From Antedon mediterranea (taxonomy: Eukaryota > Animalia > Echinodermata): a stretch of DNA of 64,000 nt. The notes under the pieces were generated by a model that searched no databases, was not told where the DNA came from, and saw nothing but the letters and a program-made list of their open reading frames with translations. Made by a program: the position numbers and the translations under genes. Below, piece by piece: positions 33,741 through 49,100 of the stretch. The stretch is taken from positions 40,682,304 through 40,746,303 of the forward strand of contig NC_092671.1 in the NCBI RefSeq assembly GCF_964355755.1. The letters are read 5' to 3'. The stretch's first letter is position 1. Each line of letters opens with the position of its first letter.

Positions 33741-34597
33741 GCTCTCGCAAACTGCTTTGATGGTTTAAATTTTATGTTTAGCGCCCTCAATTTTTTTTAA
33801 TGTAAAAAAAAGGGAATTAATTCTCTTCGTTACGTGTTTAGAAGAGAATTAATTTTATCTCATCGTAGTTTGGTATGCCGTGCGTTTGTTATGCAAATGA
33901 GTGAGCACATGTGCTGTGGGAAAGATGGTATTGTTAGTCATTCGTGATCAACACACAACACTGTTCAATTTTTATTTAGTTAATCTTTTACATTATAATT
34001 ATAATTCTACCGTTACACATTATAGTGTATTTTTAAATATCCGTTTCATACAAGATATTGTATTGTAGGCCTACTGATATTAGGTTGTGAACAAAAGTTT
34101 ATGGTAGAATAAATAAATAAATGTGTTTTAAGCAGATCTTCGAAATTGAAGCATATGAAGTCAAGTTTTTTAAAACTCAACCTAAAATTTGCATATGGAT
34201 AGTTGAAATTTAACATTATAATTATCAAAGGTGATAATTGTAATTGTTTAAAATATTAAAATTAGTAAGTAGGCTTTTGTGTGCTAGCTCTGTTTGTATT
34301 TCATAATTTTGTTTTGTTGAATTACCGTCACGGCCGCGTGCATTGCATGTCTCATACTTGGGAAACGATCACCATTGTATGGCTGGTCCTGAAGACTTTT
34401 ATATTTCGTTTCATAATTTCCGGGGGATCGACATTCTTAGCTCTGCCCCAACCATGGTGAGCTTAACAGGAGACTTAATTTCATATTTCAATAAATACTT
34501 TTTTCAAAATTGTATTTGCTCAGCCCCAACCATGGTGGGTGGTAGTGAAGACTCTTATATATCATGTTTCAAAATACTATACGTGTCATTTCTGGGG

Positions 34598-36324
34598 GGT
34601 TCTAGGACACCTACCCCCTAGACAGTTACCCCCCGGATGTTTACCACCCGGACAACTACCCCCTTAGGACAACTACCCCCCGGACAACTACCCCCCGGAC
34701 AACTACCCCCTTAGGACAACTACCCCCTTAGGATAACAACCCCCCGGACAACTACCCCCCGGACAACCACCCCCTTAGGACAACTACCCCCTTAGGATAA
34801 CTACCCCGCGGGTAACTACCCCCCGGTCAACTACCCCCCCGGTCAACTACCCCCCGGTCAACTACCCCCCCCCCATCCAAAAGTAGACAAATATATAGGA
34901 CCGGTTTCTGTAAAAATGAAATCATCTGTTTTTAACGGGTGTTTCGAAACTAGAGACCCGAGACCAGAGACCTGAAACGAGACCCAATACGAAAAGGGAG
35001 ACCTATTGGGTCTCCCTTTTCGTATATTAGGGTCTCCCTTTTCGTATAGAGTGGTCTCTCTTTTCGTATAGTGGGGTCTCCCTTTTCTTATAGTGGGTCT
35101 CCCTTTTCTTATAATGGGTCTCCCTTTTCGTATATTTGGGTCTCCCATTTTGTATATTTGGGTCTCCCTTTCGTATAATTGGGTCTCCCTTTTCGTATAT
35201 TTAGGTCTCCCTTTTCGTATATTAGGGTCTCCCTTTTCGTATAGTGGGGTCTCCCTTTTCGTATAGTGGGGTCTCCCTTTTCGTACGTGGGTCTCCCTTT
35301 TCGTATATTTAGGTCTCCCTTTTCGTATTGGGTCTCGGGTCTCTGGTCTCTGGTCTCGGGTCTCTAGTTTCGAAACACCCGTTTTTAACCGATTATTCTG
35401 TTTAACAGCACGCTAGACCCTAGATGTGCTAGATTTAAAGTACCGTATTTATTGAAAAAACGGCCTGGGCTGTTTATTGTTTAGGTGGTTTTTAGGTGGA
35501 CATTTATTGGAAGAAAGTTGTTTATTCAATGGGAGAGGGTATAATCTAATGGAAATAGACGCCGATTATTTCATATGATGTTTCATGGGAGTGACATGGT
35601 CACCGTTTATTTGAGGGGAATTTATTTAAAGATCGACGTTTATTCGGTGAGTGAAAATTGAGGTCAAATATCAAAAGTGATATTATTCTTCAAGTGTACA
35701 AAAATACATATATGACAAATTTGAGACAAAAATTAATTCTTTTAAGACCAGTGGTTATCGAAGCATTGTCCTGACGCAAAAATTATTATTATTATTATTA
35801 GCGAACCCAGTATTTACAGTAAATACAGGGAGTACTATAATACGTTCGACTATCCTATGATCATGTGTGACAATCTTCAGTTTATACCAGGCTGTATTTA
35901 TGTTCAATCTTTTACTTTTGTTTACAATAATGAATAGTAATTCGTCAAAGTAACGAATTAAAATATAGTTATTAATTCCTATTATACACTGTTGCAGAGT
36001 CAGGTTGTTGAATGGTCTGGGTGGTTAGGGTGTTCTAAAGGGATAGTTTTCTGGGTGGTAATTGTCCGGGGGGTAATTGTCCGGGTGGTAATTGTCCGGG
36101 GGGTAATTGTTCCTAGGGGGTAATTGTCCGGGGGGTAGTTGTCCAGGGGGTAGTTGTCCTAAGGGGGTTGTTGTCCTAAGGGGGTAGTTGTCCGGGGGGT
36201 ATTTGTCCGGGGGGTAGTTGTCCTAAAGGGGTAGTTGTCCTAAGGGGGTAGTGGTCCAGGTGGTGGTTGTCCGGGGGGTAGTTGTCCGGGGGGTAAATGT
36301 CCAGGGGGTGAATATCCGGATACG
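34598..36324. mobile_element. Foldback/Mutator-like element with tandem-repeat TIRs
   Basis: ggacaactacccccc arrays at 34600-34875 are inverted at 36053-36320. 8-bp TSD TTCTGGGG at 34590-34597 and 36325-36332. Confidence 0.85.
34937..35380. mobile_element. Mutator-like MITE nested in the previous element
   Basis: TIR gggtgtttcgaaactagagacccgagaccagagacc, 9-bp TSD GTTTTTAAC and an internal ~22-bp array gggtctcccttttcgtata. Confidence 0.9.
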
Positions 36325-37192
36325 TTCTGGGGACCTTGTAGCTATTTTAAACAGTTTGGTAAGCCCTGCGTTGTTGTTATGCAAATGATCAGTTTGTGCG
36401 TGTATGGGGAAGATGGTATTGTTAGTCATACGCGCTCAAAACGCCACAAAATTAAATTTAAAAGTTAAATTTTGATTTTATTTTGTTAATCTTTATTAGA
36501 AATTCAAATCATGTAAAGATACAATTTTCCGGGCGGGAATCTAGAAACTCCCCTCCTTTAGTTTACAAAAGTAATCTTGAAAATTCCGGAGCAAGACCAT
36601 TTGCAGACTTGTAGATGCATGCGATCTTGGACTGTATGAAGATTTAAGGTGTTGTAAATGTTAGTTCGTGGTGTGAGAGGATGAGCTTTAAGGATATACA
36701 CTACACTACACTACATCAATAGTCAATGTGTGGAAGGATTATAGTGTTATAGAAGAAAATGGATGTGTTTTTATTAATGAAATAACCGAGCACGCGATAA
36801 GATGGAGATGGACAAGCCCAGTTTGGAACGGAGTTTATTTACATGAAAAGAAAAAGATAAATTTGAATCAATGTGAATGCCAAGATGTTTCTGTTTGTCA
36901 GTTTGTGATATGGGAATATACGAAACGATATTAAAAGTAGTGACTTTTATTTCTATTTTATATCACTGTGCTACCCTGATGCTAAATTGGGTCCACTTGA
37001 TAAGCTACCGTAGTACTATTTCTATTATTGAAGAAACTGGCAAAAGAGATTTACGGATCAGCCCAAGCGGAAATCGGCGGCAGACTGTTCAGCGGAAAGG
37101 CAGTAATCATCATCAAAGGCATAAATGGCGCTCCGTAGAGAAGTAATGCTCCACGAGTCGTCAGAATGACGCTCTGAATATACCTCCACAAA

Positions 37193-40100
37193 ATGGCAGC
37201 TAACAATAGTGTGGCGGTTAATTTGGGTGAGTATCGTCTTTATAACGCGATTATGCCTTATTTAACTGGATTATATATACACGATAGTTCAGAAAAATAA
37301 ACATTATAAAAGAGGCCTACTACAGTAGCTAGCCTAGACTAGGGCCAAGGAGTTAGCTTACAAAACTAGGCTAGCTAGGCCTACTAGGCTAGGCGGCTAG
37401 GCCTATTGTATTGGCCTAAACTGTGTGGATGCTAGTCAAGTCGCCCCATCGCAAAGTCGCCCCATACAAAGTCGCCCCTTACACAGTCGCCCCATCGCAA
37501 AGTCGCCCCAAAACAAAGTCGCCCCGACACAGTCGCCCCATTGCAAACTCGCCCCAACGCAAAGTCGCCCCAACGCAAAGTCGCCCCATCGCAAAGTCGC
37601 CCCATCACAAAGTCGCCCTATCGCAAAGTCGCCCCAAAACGTTAAAAATAGTTTACAAGTGCGTAAAATGTCGCAATGATACACAAAATAACACGGAACG
37701 TGTAGGCATAAAAGGTGAAGCCCCGCCATGTAGTCTCAGGTCACACGATCGGCACGCACCCCCATCATCAGAGAGGAAGCCCCCGACTAATCACTCCGCG
37801 GTCGCAATAACGTGCTAGCTTTACCAGAGGGAAACCCCCGTAATTACTCCGCCGTTGTCGCACTACAACGCACCATCTGAAGATGGGGAAACCCCGCCGG
37901 AGTTTTACGATGATATCAGTCGCGTTCGAAATCGGTCGCGTTTAATTTTGGTCGCGATAAAATGATGTTATACGATCTAGATTATTTTTACTTTGGTCGA
38001 TGAATATTTATTATTATTATTAGGCCTATATTAATAATTGATTTTTGTTTTTATTTTACAGGTCATGATGAGAAAGATGTTTACAAGATGATTACAATTT
38101 GTAAACATAGTTTAAGATTATAGTATTATCCAACATAATGTCATTTAACAGTACATAATTATTTAAATGTGAAATATTTTATAGGAAACGTAGGCTACGT
38201 CTGTGTCTTTTATTTTATACGTAAAACAATTTATTTATAAACATTCAGTTTACTATTATATACATAGTATTACAATGAACATTGATTGTAAGCCTGTAAG
38301 TAAGTAAGTAAGTAATATTTATTGCTTTCCAAATACAGTACAAATAAATAAAACAGGATAATGTAAATGAAATAAAAAGAGAAACATTAAATATAAAAAT
38401 ACAAGACAAGACAAGAAAATAAGCATGGAAAGCAGAGGATGGCCCTTTAAGCCCAGAGGCTTGTTTCCAAAGGGGTCCCCTGGAAAGGCAATCCCATCAT
38501 TATATCCATTATAAAATTGCATCATATCACCACTATGTCGTATATAAATGATGACGTGCGTGTGTGTATTCGTTGTACGTCCGTGTACGTATTATTCCGT
38601 GCCTCTTCACTGTCTTGTTTAAATTAAAATTAAATAAACACCCGATATGAGGATATTTATTAGGGATGATAATTAGAATGTTCTATAACCAAAAGGGTTG
38701 AAAAGAATGTCTTCAGTAAAATTATCATTGTGCTGTTGAATAAAAGGCGACTCGCCATCTGAAACATTCTCTGAAACCAATCGGAGCCGTGCCTTCTGGT
38801 ATCTGCAGTTTCCTCACAGCTGCTACGTCTTTCTGCTTACCGTCGGGGATTCCCCTTTTTAAAAAACACGCACACGATACTGTACGATGGTTTTTCCATG
38901 GTCAAAATGTAGCGTTTTAATTTTACTAAAATACCTGCATGTAAACGGCGATGAGATCCTTTTTTTTTTTATTTCTTTATTTTGAAAAGTCATTATAAAA
39001 TTAAGACACATATTTTGTCAATAAATGCAAAATGATCAATAAGTAGCCTATATAACACTCATTGTTTTAACTACTGTAAATCTATACGAAGGCCTACTAC
39101 ACATGTATACATTTATTATAATTATTATCCTAAAAAATGAGCTGGTATCCACGCGTAGGTTGAAGAAAGATTCGTAATTGTGGCTCTGGTAACTAATTTT
39201 AAAATCCTATTAAATTAACATTTTCGAAACTATAAATCAGGGATAATCTTTTTAGAACTTTCAAACAAGGGACTATTTTTTTAATGATTTTTAAAAAGCA
39301 CATCACTCCATTAAAACCTGTAAAATAAAAATTAAAACACAAATTATAATAGGATAAACATTATAATGCATACGACATTTAGCGCGACCAAAGTAACAAC
39401 GCAATCGATACGATATCAAACGCAACCGATATGATTAAAACCGCGGGCGACTTTGCGATGGGGCGACTTTGCGTTGGGGCGACTTTGCGATGGGGCGAAT
39501 TTGCGATGGGGCGACTTTGTAATAGGGCGACTTTGCGATGGGGCGACTGTGCCGGGGCGACTTTGCGATGGGGCGACTTTGCGATGGGGCGACTTTGTAT
39601 TGGGCGACTTTGTATGGGGCGACTTTGCGATGGGGCGACTTGACTGGATCCCAACTGTGTCATAATAGGCCTAACTACTGCGGCCTATCTAGGCCTAGGC
39701 GCACCCAAAACTGGACATAGCCTACTAAGTCTCCGCGATCACCGCCGCGCAGCGGGAATGTTTTTAAATTTGGTAAGCTCGATAGAGGTGCGAAATTGCA
39801 TTAGAGGCCTAGCACCTTTATAACTGTAATTTCGCACCTAAAAATTAAACATTAGATTTACTGAACAACGAAGTGGCCAATCATAAAATTATTATCGGAT
39901 TTAAATTAAACAAGGCCAACAGCCATTAAGTCGCGTGCTACAATGCATAGTGATACCGGACCGACAGATCGACCGACCGACATAGTGAACTATACTGACT
40001 GAAATTACTGAACATGTTTAAAAATATTTATATTTTTTTAATTTACACGTGCGTAGCTTGTCACTTTTGACGTGCTCGTATAACGTAATTTCGAGTTGAA

Positions 40101-43100
40101 AAGTAAGTCAAGAAAACAGAAATCGGGCAAAAAGAGTGTGCAACAACATTTAACGCGCAGTGCGCGCGCAAAAATATGCGCACTCATGGCAATTTTGTAA
40201 ACGCTTAAAATTGCCTGAAACGTACTCTTATTTCATCGAAAATAAATTTTGAAAATTTTAAGCGCGCGTACGCATGCGTTACATGCGCTACGCACGTAAT
40301 TGTATTGCCATATGATGATTTATGCCCTGAAATTTATGAGTACCAAATTTTATTTAATTGTGATTCATGGTTGTGAAGATATGATTACAAACGTGATTTC
40401 GTTAAATCGTGCGTAGACCGCGTAATTTTTTATTGCGCACCGTGAAGACATAACCACATTGATTCCTGGCCATAAGGAATATACTGTGAAAAATTGACCT
40501 AGCTAGATTAAACTGATATCAAGATAAGGTCAGAAAGCGATAAAACGCATAGTGATACCGGACCGACAGACCGACAGACAGACAGACCGACCAACCGACC
40601 GACATAGTGAACTATAGAGTCGCTTCCACGCGACTAATAATACCTGTTTTGTATTGTAGAAACTTTATCAGTTAATTATCGGTTAGGCCTATAGGGCCCA
40701 CCTAGGGCCTAGGCCTACTTTTTATCTGTTAATTATCGGTTAATTTTTGGCTGCGAAAACACAGCCATAGGCTAGGCCTAGTCTAGTTTTTTTAATTTTC
40801 ACTTTAACAAGATGGAACTATATTCTCAGACTATTGATACTAATTTTATATTTGTTGTCATGAAACATTTAGTTGCCCGCCAATGGAGTCCTTACAAGGA
40901 TCTGTACCATATAGTGGATGCAGCCATTACACAAAAAACACCAGATTCTTACTATGACTTGGAACTTGCTCTACGAAAATACAAGCCAGACCTCATTTCA
41001 TTGTTGAAAAATCCAGTAAGCATTTTTAATCCTTTTACAAGATTTAGGGTTAGGGTTCGTCTGAATAATTTAAACTTTCGATTTGAAAGATTAAGAAAGG
41101 TCAATCTCGTCCAAAATGGTCAATCGGTATTGCTTATAACATTTTCCCTTTTTGGTCAAAACCAAATTTCTGGAAATTCCTTTATTGAGAGAGTTTTGAA
41201 AAGAAAATTACTGTATAGTATTATGAATCAATATTTTAATGTGAATGTTTCCATTTTATTAATATGTTTTAAGAATTTCATCTTTGTTTTTCATGAACTA
41301 TTTTTAAAACATATCTTGTTTATTTTGAAGGCAAAAAATTCACAGCACAGAGAGAAAGTAAAAAAAGCAAAAGAAGATGGAATAGTAATAGAAGGTCAAC
41401 CAGGAACAAGAACACTTCCAGAAGAATTTATTAAAGAGTCTCTTATCATTAGTGATCTCTTTGATCTAAATGAGTACTCAGCAGTTGAGCTTCTTCTAGC
41501 AGGTACAGTACATTTTGAAAAACCTTTTTTCACCACCTGTATCATAAAACTAATTTTAATAGAGATCTTTCAATTTTATCACACATTACATTAAATAACA
41601 CAAGTTCAGATTTTGTTGTTGTCGTTTTTTTCTCCAAGTAAAAAAATAGTTTATAGTTTATCATAAACCTCAACCTAAATGTATAGGAAAGTAAAATTGC
41701 AATGTTTCACATTTTACTGTTGATAATATTACAATTATTATTATTATTATTTTAGTAATAGTCCTCTCATTTATTTCTTATACAATTATAATAAATGTTT
41801 CTGAAATCAATATATTGCAGGTGAACAGCAACAACCACACTATCCAGGACTCCCTCGGGGTCTAGTAGCTGTCTTGTTATACTATGATGGCCGTAGAAGC
41901 ATTGTGAATGCTCTTCACCTTCTCATTCAATCATGCAAAGGAAGAACATGGACTCTTGAACTCGATGAAGAGCTGATGTCACTTACCACTAACTTCACAA
42001 ATGAACTGGTTAACAATGGATTGGTTGACAAGATACTGTTTTTACTTCTTGAATTTTTACCTGATAAAGAGATTGAAAAGTTGGCAAAGCAACGAGCAAT
42101 TGGAGGATTTAAACATCGTCATCAGGTACACATCATTTATGCTTCTTGCAGTTAATTTACTGTATCAACGACTGGCGTTATTTTTAAGCCGATTCCACTA
42201 GGCGAATTTGTTCATGCAAATCAAAAGCGTCGGCTTATACACAAACATATTCATACATATACATATATATACACATACACATACATATTCATGTTTCTAT
42301 CTTCCAAATCCCTCTCTGCGGTGAATTCTATTCTATTGAATTTTTCTCTTCAGCAAAATTGGTAGAAATTGTTTCTACCTTTTGTAGAACCACTGCCTCT
42401 CCCAGCACATGCTCCCTTCCACTGCTAATATATAAGAGACAAACCTGAATTATGGACAATAATAATGACTAACTTGTGATTATTTCTTATAGGTGATGGA
42501 ATTACTGAAGGAGATTAGATCTTCACTTGCAGATTGCTTGTTCTCTCTAGCTTGCCAAAGTCCATTCAACAAGTCTAATTCTATGGCACTTATAAACTTC
42601 ATGAAAAAGAATGCATGTTTAAACGCTGAGGGTATTTTGGACGATGTAAGCATTACCCTGCTTACAACATTTATGTACTGTGCATATATAAATGTCTCGG
42701 ATTCAGCTGGTCAAAGTCAAAGTGGTAAACAATTTATATTTCTATTATGAAATTAGAATAATGGTAAATTTAAATTAATGCCAATGTAATGTGTACTATA
42801 GGAACTTGACTTACTGCAGAGTACTTTAGAAAGCACTTGTATTAGAACCATTTAACAGACGTGATTTTGAATCAATTCTTATTCATCATACATAATCAAA
42901 ATCATGTTAAACAACCACAATTTATATTAATTGAGTACTATCACCATTTTATTTTTTAAACAATTATAACACTGACAATTAACATGTTTATCTTTCACAA
43001 GCAGCAGTAACTGTACTACATCTATAATTGCATAACCCCTTAGGCCTACACAATTACCATGTACCAAACACAATGCTCTTGCCCTAGTACTGAATATAAT

Positions 43101-46100
43101 TTTTATTTTCATGCTTTTTCATAGATATGTTAAAAAGTTTACCTTGTATAGCGGACACAAGTTACATTGCAGATATCCAACAATTGCTGTTGTCAGATGA
43201 TGCTTGGGTTGTCTATGGTGTCAAGTCAGTATTTCAATTTGTGTGGGCAGTAATGCTTAGAAATATTGCCCAGCATTATGATTCACAAAGTAAGAAATAC
43301 TAAATGTATTACTTAATTAATTAATATTATTTAATAAATACACTAAATGACTTATCGTAACCAGCATGGGCAATTTAGGCATTTAGTTAATAATAACAGC
43401 CAACACTAAAAAAAAACTGTTTTTAAATTAATATTTGGCTATTTAAATAAATGCTTGTCTGATTTCTGAAGCTATGTTCATGTTGTTTACTTTTATCCAG
43501 ATTCCAGAATTGAAATCCTATTTCATAATATACTGTAATATATGTATTAGGGTTAGGCAGTAGTAACCAAAAATAATATACTGTAATATGTATTAGGGTT
43601 AGGGAGTAGTAACCAAAAATAATATACTGTAATAATATACTGTAATATGTATTAGGGTTAGGGAGTAGTAACCAAAAATAATATACTGTAATAATATACT
43701 GTAATATATGTATTAGGGTTAGGGAGTAGTAATCAAAAATTAGCAAACCTACTTGACAGTTCTGCTGTCAAAATGAACTAGATGAACATTTTTTTATCAT
43801 ATTAGGAAGAGGGCTTAACAAATGTATCTTTGAAAGAGTTGTATAATATAAAATTGTATTGACTTCATTTATTTTACTTCAGTGATTTGTATTTACAGGT
43901 TTGCAGGAACATATTGAAGCAGATGAAATGTTAATTGACCTAGCTTTGGAAGGAAATGTATTCAAATTCCTTTTAGAAACTATTAATAAAAAGAAGAATT
44001 TTCATGAAAGCGTAAGTTTATTTATTTTCAAATCAGTGATTCATTGAGTGAAAATACCCTGCAACCCCATTTAGGCTAGCTATCCAAATTATTTATTCTA
44101 CATCTATTATACTTCAAATCATTGCTTTAAATACAATTATGTACCTTCTGTGGTAAAACATGGCAAATGTGTATGTGTTCAAATATATTATTTCATAAGA
44201 AATTTTTCTTTACAATTGAATATATATAAAAAAATAAGGATGGATATTTTAATAGCAACTGTAATGTGTAAAAAAAAAATTGGAAATAGCTGTCTTTTAA
44301 AAGTGTTCTAATTGAGTAATATTTGTTTTTAAAGGAATTTCGAATTAGACGTTTTCACACCCTTGTTACAGACTTCATTGTCCAGATGCCACTAAAGGTA
44401 AGAATATAGTATTATACTTTACAAGATTATAGAGATTTTAAACCATTGTACACCATTTATGCATAAAAGTACACATTTACACAAGATTATAGAGATTTTA
44501 AACCATTGTACACCATTTATGCATAAAAGTACACATTTACACAAGATTATAGAGATTTTAAACCATTGTACACCATTTATGCATAAAAGTACACATTTAC
44601 ATTGACGCTAATGTTTTCTTTTTAGATAAAAGAACTTCGTAATCGTGGAGATGAAGCTGCTCGCATTTTGTTTGCTCATGCTCAAGAAGGATTAGAACCT
44701 CCAGTCAACCTTCCAAGACACTTTGAGCATTTTATGAGATTGGTAAGTGATTTCATTTTATGAGATTGTTAAGTGGTTTTATTCTACAGATTCCAACATC
44801 TCCTTTCACCATATCTGGTTCTGATCTATATTTTTGTTACTTATTGAACTCCCAGTAGATGATTTCTCTACATATTTCTATTTAAAATAGATTTCAGTAC
44901 TGTACAGTAAAGATGATTTGAACTTGGAACTGGCAGTAGAGTACTGGTGCCCATCTGAACAGTCACTGAGTCCATCAAGGTCCAGCTATGCTACCTCTTA
45001 CAGACACAGACCATCAAACAGACAGGTGACTCCTAATTAGCATAATACTTGTCTTTTTTTCACTATACTACTCTAAATTCATACATAAATAGTTCTATTA
45101 TACTAGTAAGAGATAACTGGTTACAATGCTCAATTCCATTGATAGAGCTAGATGTATATCAACAAGGTCAACAGCCATAAGTCGCGTGCTAAAACGCATA
45201 GTGATACCGGACCGACAGACAGACCGACCGACCGACATAGTGAACTATAGAGTCGCGTCCACGCGACTAAAAATAAAACTGTTTTGTATGCTAGCAGGGC
45301 TAACACACTCATCAGGTGAAAAATACAAACATCACACAAGATAAATTATGTATGTATGGACAAGACTTTGATTATGTAGTTAATATGCCTTTACTTTCTG
45401 TGTTTACGTTTGATCTAAATGTAATTATAATATATTTTTTTATTTTATAGGTCAGCCTTTTTAAGTTTATCCGAATGGCCGGTGATCTTTTACCACCTTC
45501 ACTGTATGTTCCATACATTGCTATGTTGAGCGGCCTGGCTACTGGACCTCTCTGTGCTCATCACTGTTTTAACCTTTTGAAAGTGAATGGCTTATCTGGC
45601 GGTAAGTTACAATTTTTTTCTTTTACTTATTACCTTGTGACACGAGAGAGTTTGAAGTAAGAGTGATTAAATATATTTATTCTTTCAAGGAGGAAGTGTG
45701 ACAAGTGTGTCATGGGATCATTTTTTCCAATCACTTAGCCGTTATTACTCAAACCTTCGTCAAGAAACTGGAGCCCACCATGTAGGAGGTCAACGTCAAA
45801 TACTTGGTAGAGGTATTACGCCTCAGGAACTTGATGGACTTGTTACAGTACTTAAGTTAATTCAAACGGTTGCTGAATGGGTAAGATACTATTGTACTGT
45901 ATGCATATCACTCGTACCTTTTGGTACTTGGTGGTTGTCTTCTTTAATACTTAATAGTTTGACAAGGAGACCTTGGTGAGTGGCTTATTAATTCTTCTCG
46001 TACCTTTTGACGTGGTACTTACTTGGTACTTGGTGGTTGTCTTCTTTAATACTCAATAGTTTGACAAGGAGACATTGGTGAGTGGCTTATTAATTGGACA

Positions 46101-49100
46101 ATATCTCTTTATTTATTGTTAGTGGCTTCAATAGATTCTTGGGGTCAGTTTATTCTTTTATTATTATCGAACTATTGCTTAGTAGGTAAATATTCAATGT
46201 TTTATTATAATAGCCCAGAAATAATTTTTCTTGATTATTTTTTAGGATGAAGAAGCACGAATTGGTTTGTGTGAGAACCAAGCCTGGTTACCAATTGTCT
46301 TACTGTTTGGTATTATTACATGCAGCGTACCTCCTTTGTTGAAAGCTGAATGTTTAAAAGCACTATCAACATTTGCCAAGACACCAGAACTAGCAGCAAA
46401 TCTCTGGCAAGCATTAGAGAATTCTCAGGTACTGATTGACTTATTGATTTGTGCATCAATTTATGCAGTAGTTACACTTCAATTCATTCATCCTCATATT
46501 CAAAGATCAAATTTATTTTTAATATTAAAAATGATAAAAAACATAATTACTCAAAGAATTCACTTTTCAGATACTACCAACTTTGGACATCGGTTCCTCT
46601 GGAAGATCTGGTATTCCATTGGATTTAGAAATAGTTGAGTCCCGAAATGAAGAGTTTCCTATGACCATAGGTTTCCTGGAGTTCATGTCTTGTCTGGTTC
46701 AAATACCAATTCCAAATACACTTGGTGCTGGTCTTAGAGCCCCAGGATTTGATCCTTATTTAGAATTTTTGCGTGATCAAGTGTTCTTAAAGTTTCATAC
46801 ACGTGCTTATCGTGATACAAAAGAAAAGGTGAGTTTAATTTACTAGTTACGATTTAAGTTGTTTAACTATCATCTGATATATTTTGTACCAGAGTTCTAT
46901 TTACACACACAAACACAAATTGATCAAAATGGTGCTATTGCAATTGATTGATCAAAATGGTGCTATTGCAATTGATTGATCAAAATGGTGCTATTGTTTG
47001 TAAATACTGTAAAGTAGCTTTGCATCAATTACTTGACACCCTCATCCAAAACAACTCCACAGTAGTTACAAATAATTACAATGCTGTTGGTGCAATTACT
47101 TGACACCCTCATCCAAAACAACTCCACAGTAGTTACAAATAATTACAATGCTGTTGGTGCAATTACTTGACACCCTCATCCAAAACAACTCCACAGTAGT
47201 TACAAATAATTACAATGCTGTTGGTGCAATTACTTGACACCCTCATCCAAAACAACTCCACAGTAGTTACAAATAATTACAATGCTGTTGGTGCAATTAC
47301 TTGACACCCTCATCCAAAACAACTCCACAGTAGTTACAAATAATTACAATGCTGTTGGTGCTTGGGCTCGAATATAACCCTAGTCATCAGCCCAAACTCG
47401 GTGGTCTAGAGGTATGAACACCAGGCTAGTGATCTGGAGGTCGTGGGTCCCACATGAGAAGTAGTTTATTGCAAATATTCTCAATGTACCTAGTATAAAG
47501 TGCAAAGTCAGAGTTGGACAAAACATCTGACAAAAATGATACTAAAAACTACTATTTGGGATTTTCTACTTCAGTGGGAGGTTGCATCAAGATGCCTACA
47601 GATCTTTCATAAATTACTGTTTGATCACAATGCAAGTATAGAAGATTTTATGGATCAGATACTAGATATACAAGGTGGAGGCCAGACAGTGGCAAATAAG
47701 CCTGCTGGACATCATCTTATTGTACAAATGTTTAAGGACACTCATCTACTAAAACTGGTCAGTAACCCTCAATTATAACTCCATTTTTATAGTAGCGCTT
47801 ATAAGCAAGCTTTCAATGCGTTATTACCCTGGTCATTCTTTGAAACAACAGTGTATACATACACATACTCCTATAATAATGCAGCTACTAATCAGCACAA
47901 AGTCTTGATCTAACTGGTACCCATTTTATACACCTGGGTGGGGAGAGGAAAATATGTAATTAAAGTGTCTTGCCTAAGGATACAAGCAATGCAGCGAGAG
48001 TTGGATTCAAACACACTGTGCCACACTCTTTGCACTATGGCAGTAGAGTTTGCATCATTCCATGTGATTGCTATAATCCATTGTCTATCCATTATTGGTA
48101 TATTTTTTAGTTTGAAATTTCTTATTTATTTTAGATCCTTTATATTATTCACGAAGCATGTGAGGTTTTTGATCAGTATAAAACCTTTCCAGGCAGTGTA
48201 CATTTAGAGTCTGCTGCCCTCTATTGTCTCAAGATGATTGACATCGCTATCGAAAAACAAGCAGAATTTTTTGGACTGGTCAGAAGTCAAAGCTTAGGAG
48301 CCATGGTTACCCCCATGGATCAGTTACTTATGTCTATCAACCCTAAGACCGGCAAAGCTGACCATTTGGTGGACATAGCAAAGTAAATTATTACATTATA
48401 TAATCGAGACATCAAGCTATTTTATGCAACATATTGCATATAAAATGTTAAATAAAATAGTTTTGATTATTTTAAGTTAATATTATCTTAAATTAAATAA
48501 TAAATATATTTTGTATGTAGGTTTGTGTCCCACGCCACAGCTTATCCTGAACACGCACTGATTGCTGTTAAAGTGTTATTCAGTGTTGTTAAGACATCAA
48601 ACATCCAATCTGAGATTGTTGGATTATTTTCAGTCAATGAGGTAAACAATTGGTTTGCTGTCAATGATTAAATTTGTTGACTTTTCATTTTAGTGCTTGA
48701 TTAATTGCAGTATTTTTTTGTTCTCTCTAAATGGAGAATAATTCTTTGTGTAATATGTTTTTCAACAAATCTGGTTACATAAAGCACAACATTATTCTGC
48801 AATGTCACTTATATTTTTAATAAACCAGAATTGAATTGAAAATAAGCATCAACACAGATTGGGTCCAAAAGATTTTGTTTTAAAAGGTTTTTCCATTTAC
48901 AGTAATATTGAATTCTGGTAGTTCTGTTTTTTCAGGAAGCATGTTATATGAACATCATTATTATTTCTTTATAAACTGTTACTGTAATATTTGTTCCTGA
49001 CAAAAAGGTTATTGATTATTATAGGTTGTTGGCAAAGAGCTGATCATAGGATTTGTAGATTGTCTTGAAACTGATGAGCCTGAAGAGGAAGAAGGCGAAC

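Larger units (their letters stand above)
32832..37026. mobile_element. Large TIR-bounded element with subterminal ~88-bp repeats, hosting nested insertions
   Basis: aatagaaatagtactacggta at 32832 is inverted at 37006-37026, with homology over ~85 bp. The left arm has about 4 tandem ~88-bp units (32860-33220). Confidence 0.65.

Noticed and set aside
37423-39720. ORFs rich in KVAP/QSRP/WGDF (also 8750-9127)
   Set aside because: Translations of foldback-element TIR arrays.
40812-41594. 260-aa single-exon ORF
   Set aside because: Two NUP205 exons joined by a stop-free 315-nt intron with normal GT-AG sites; the intervening peptide is low-complexity.
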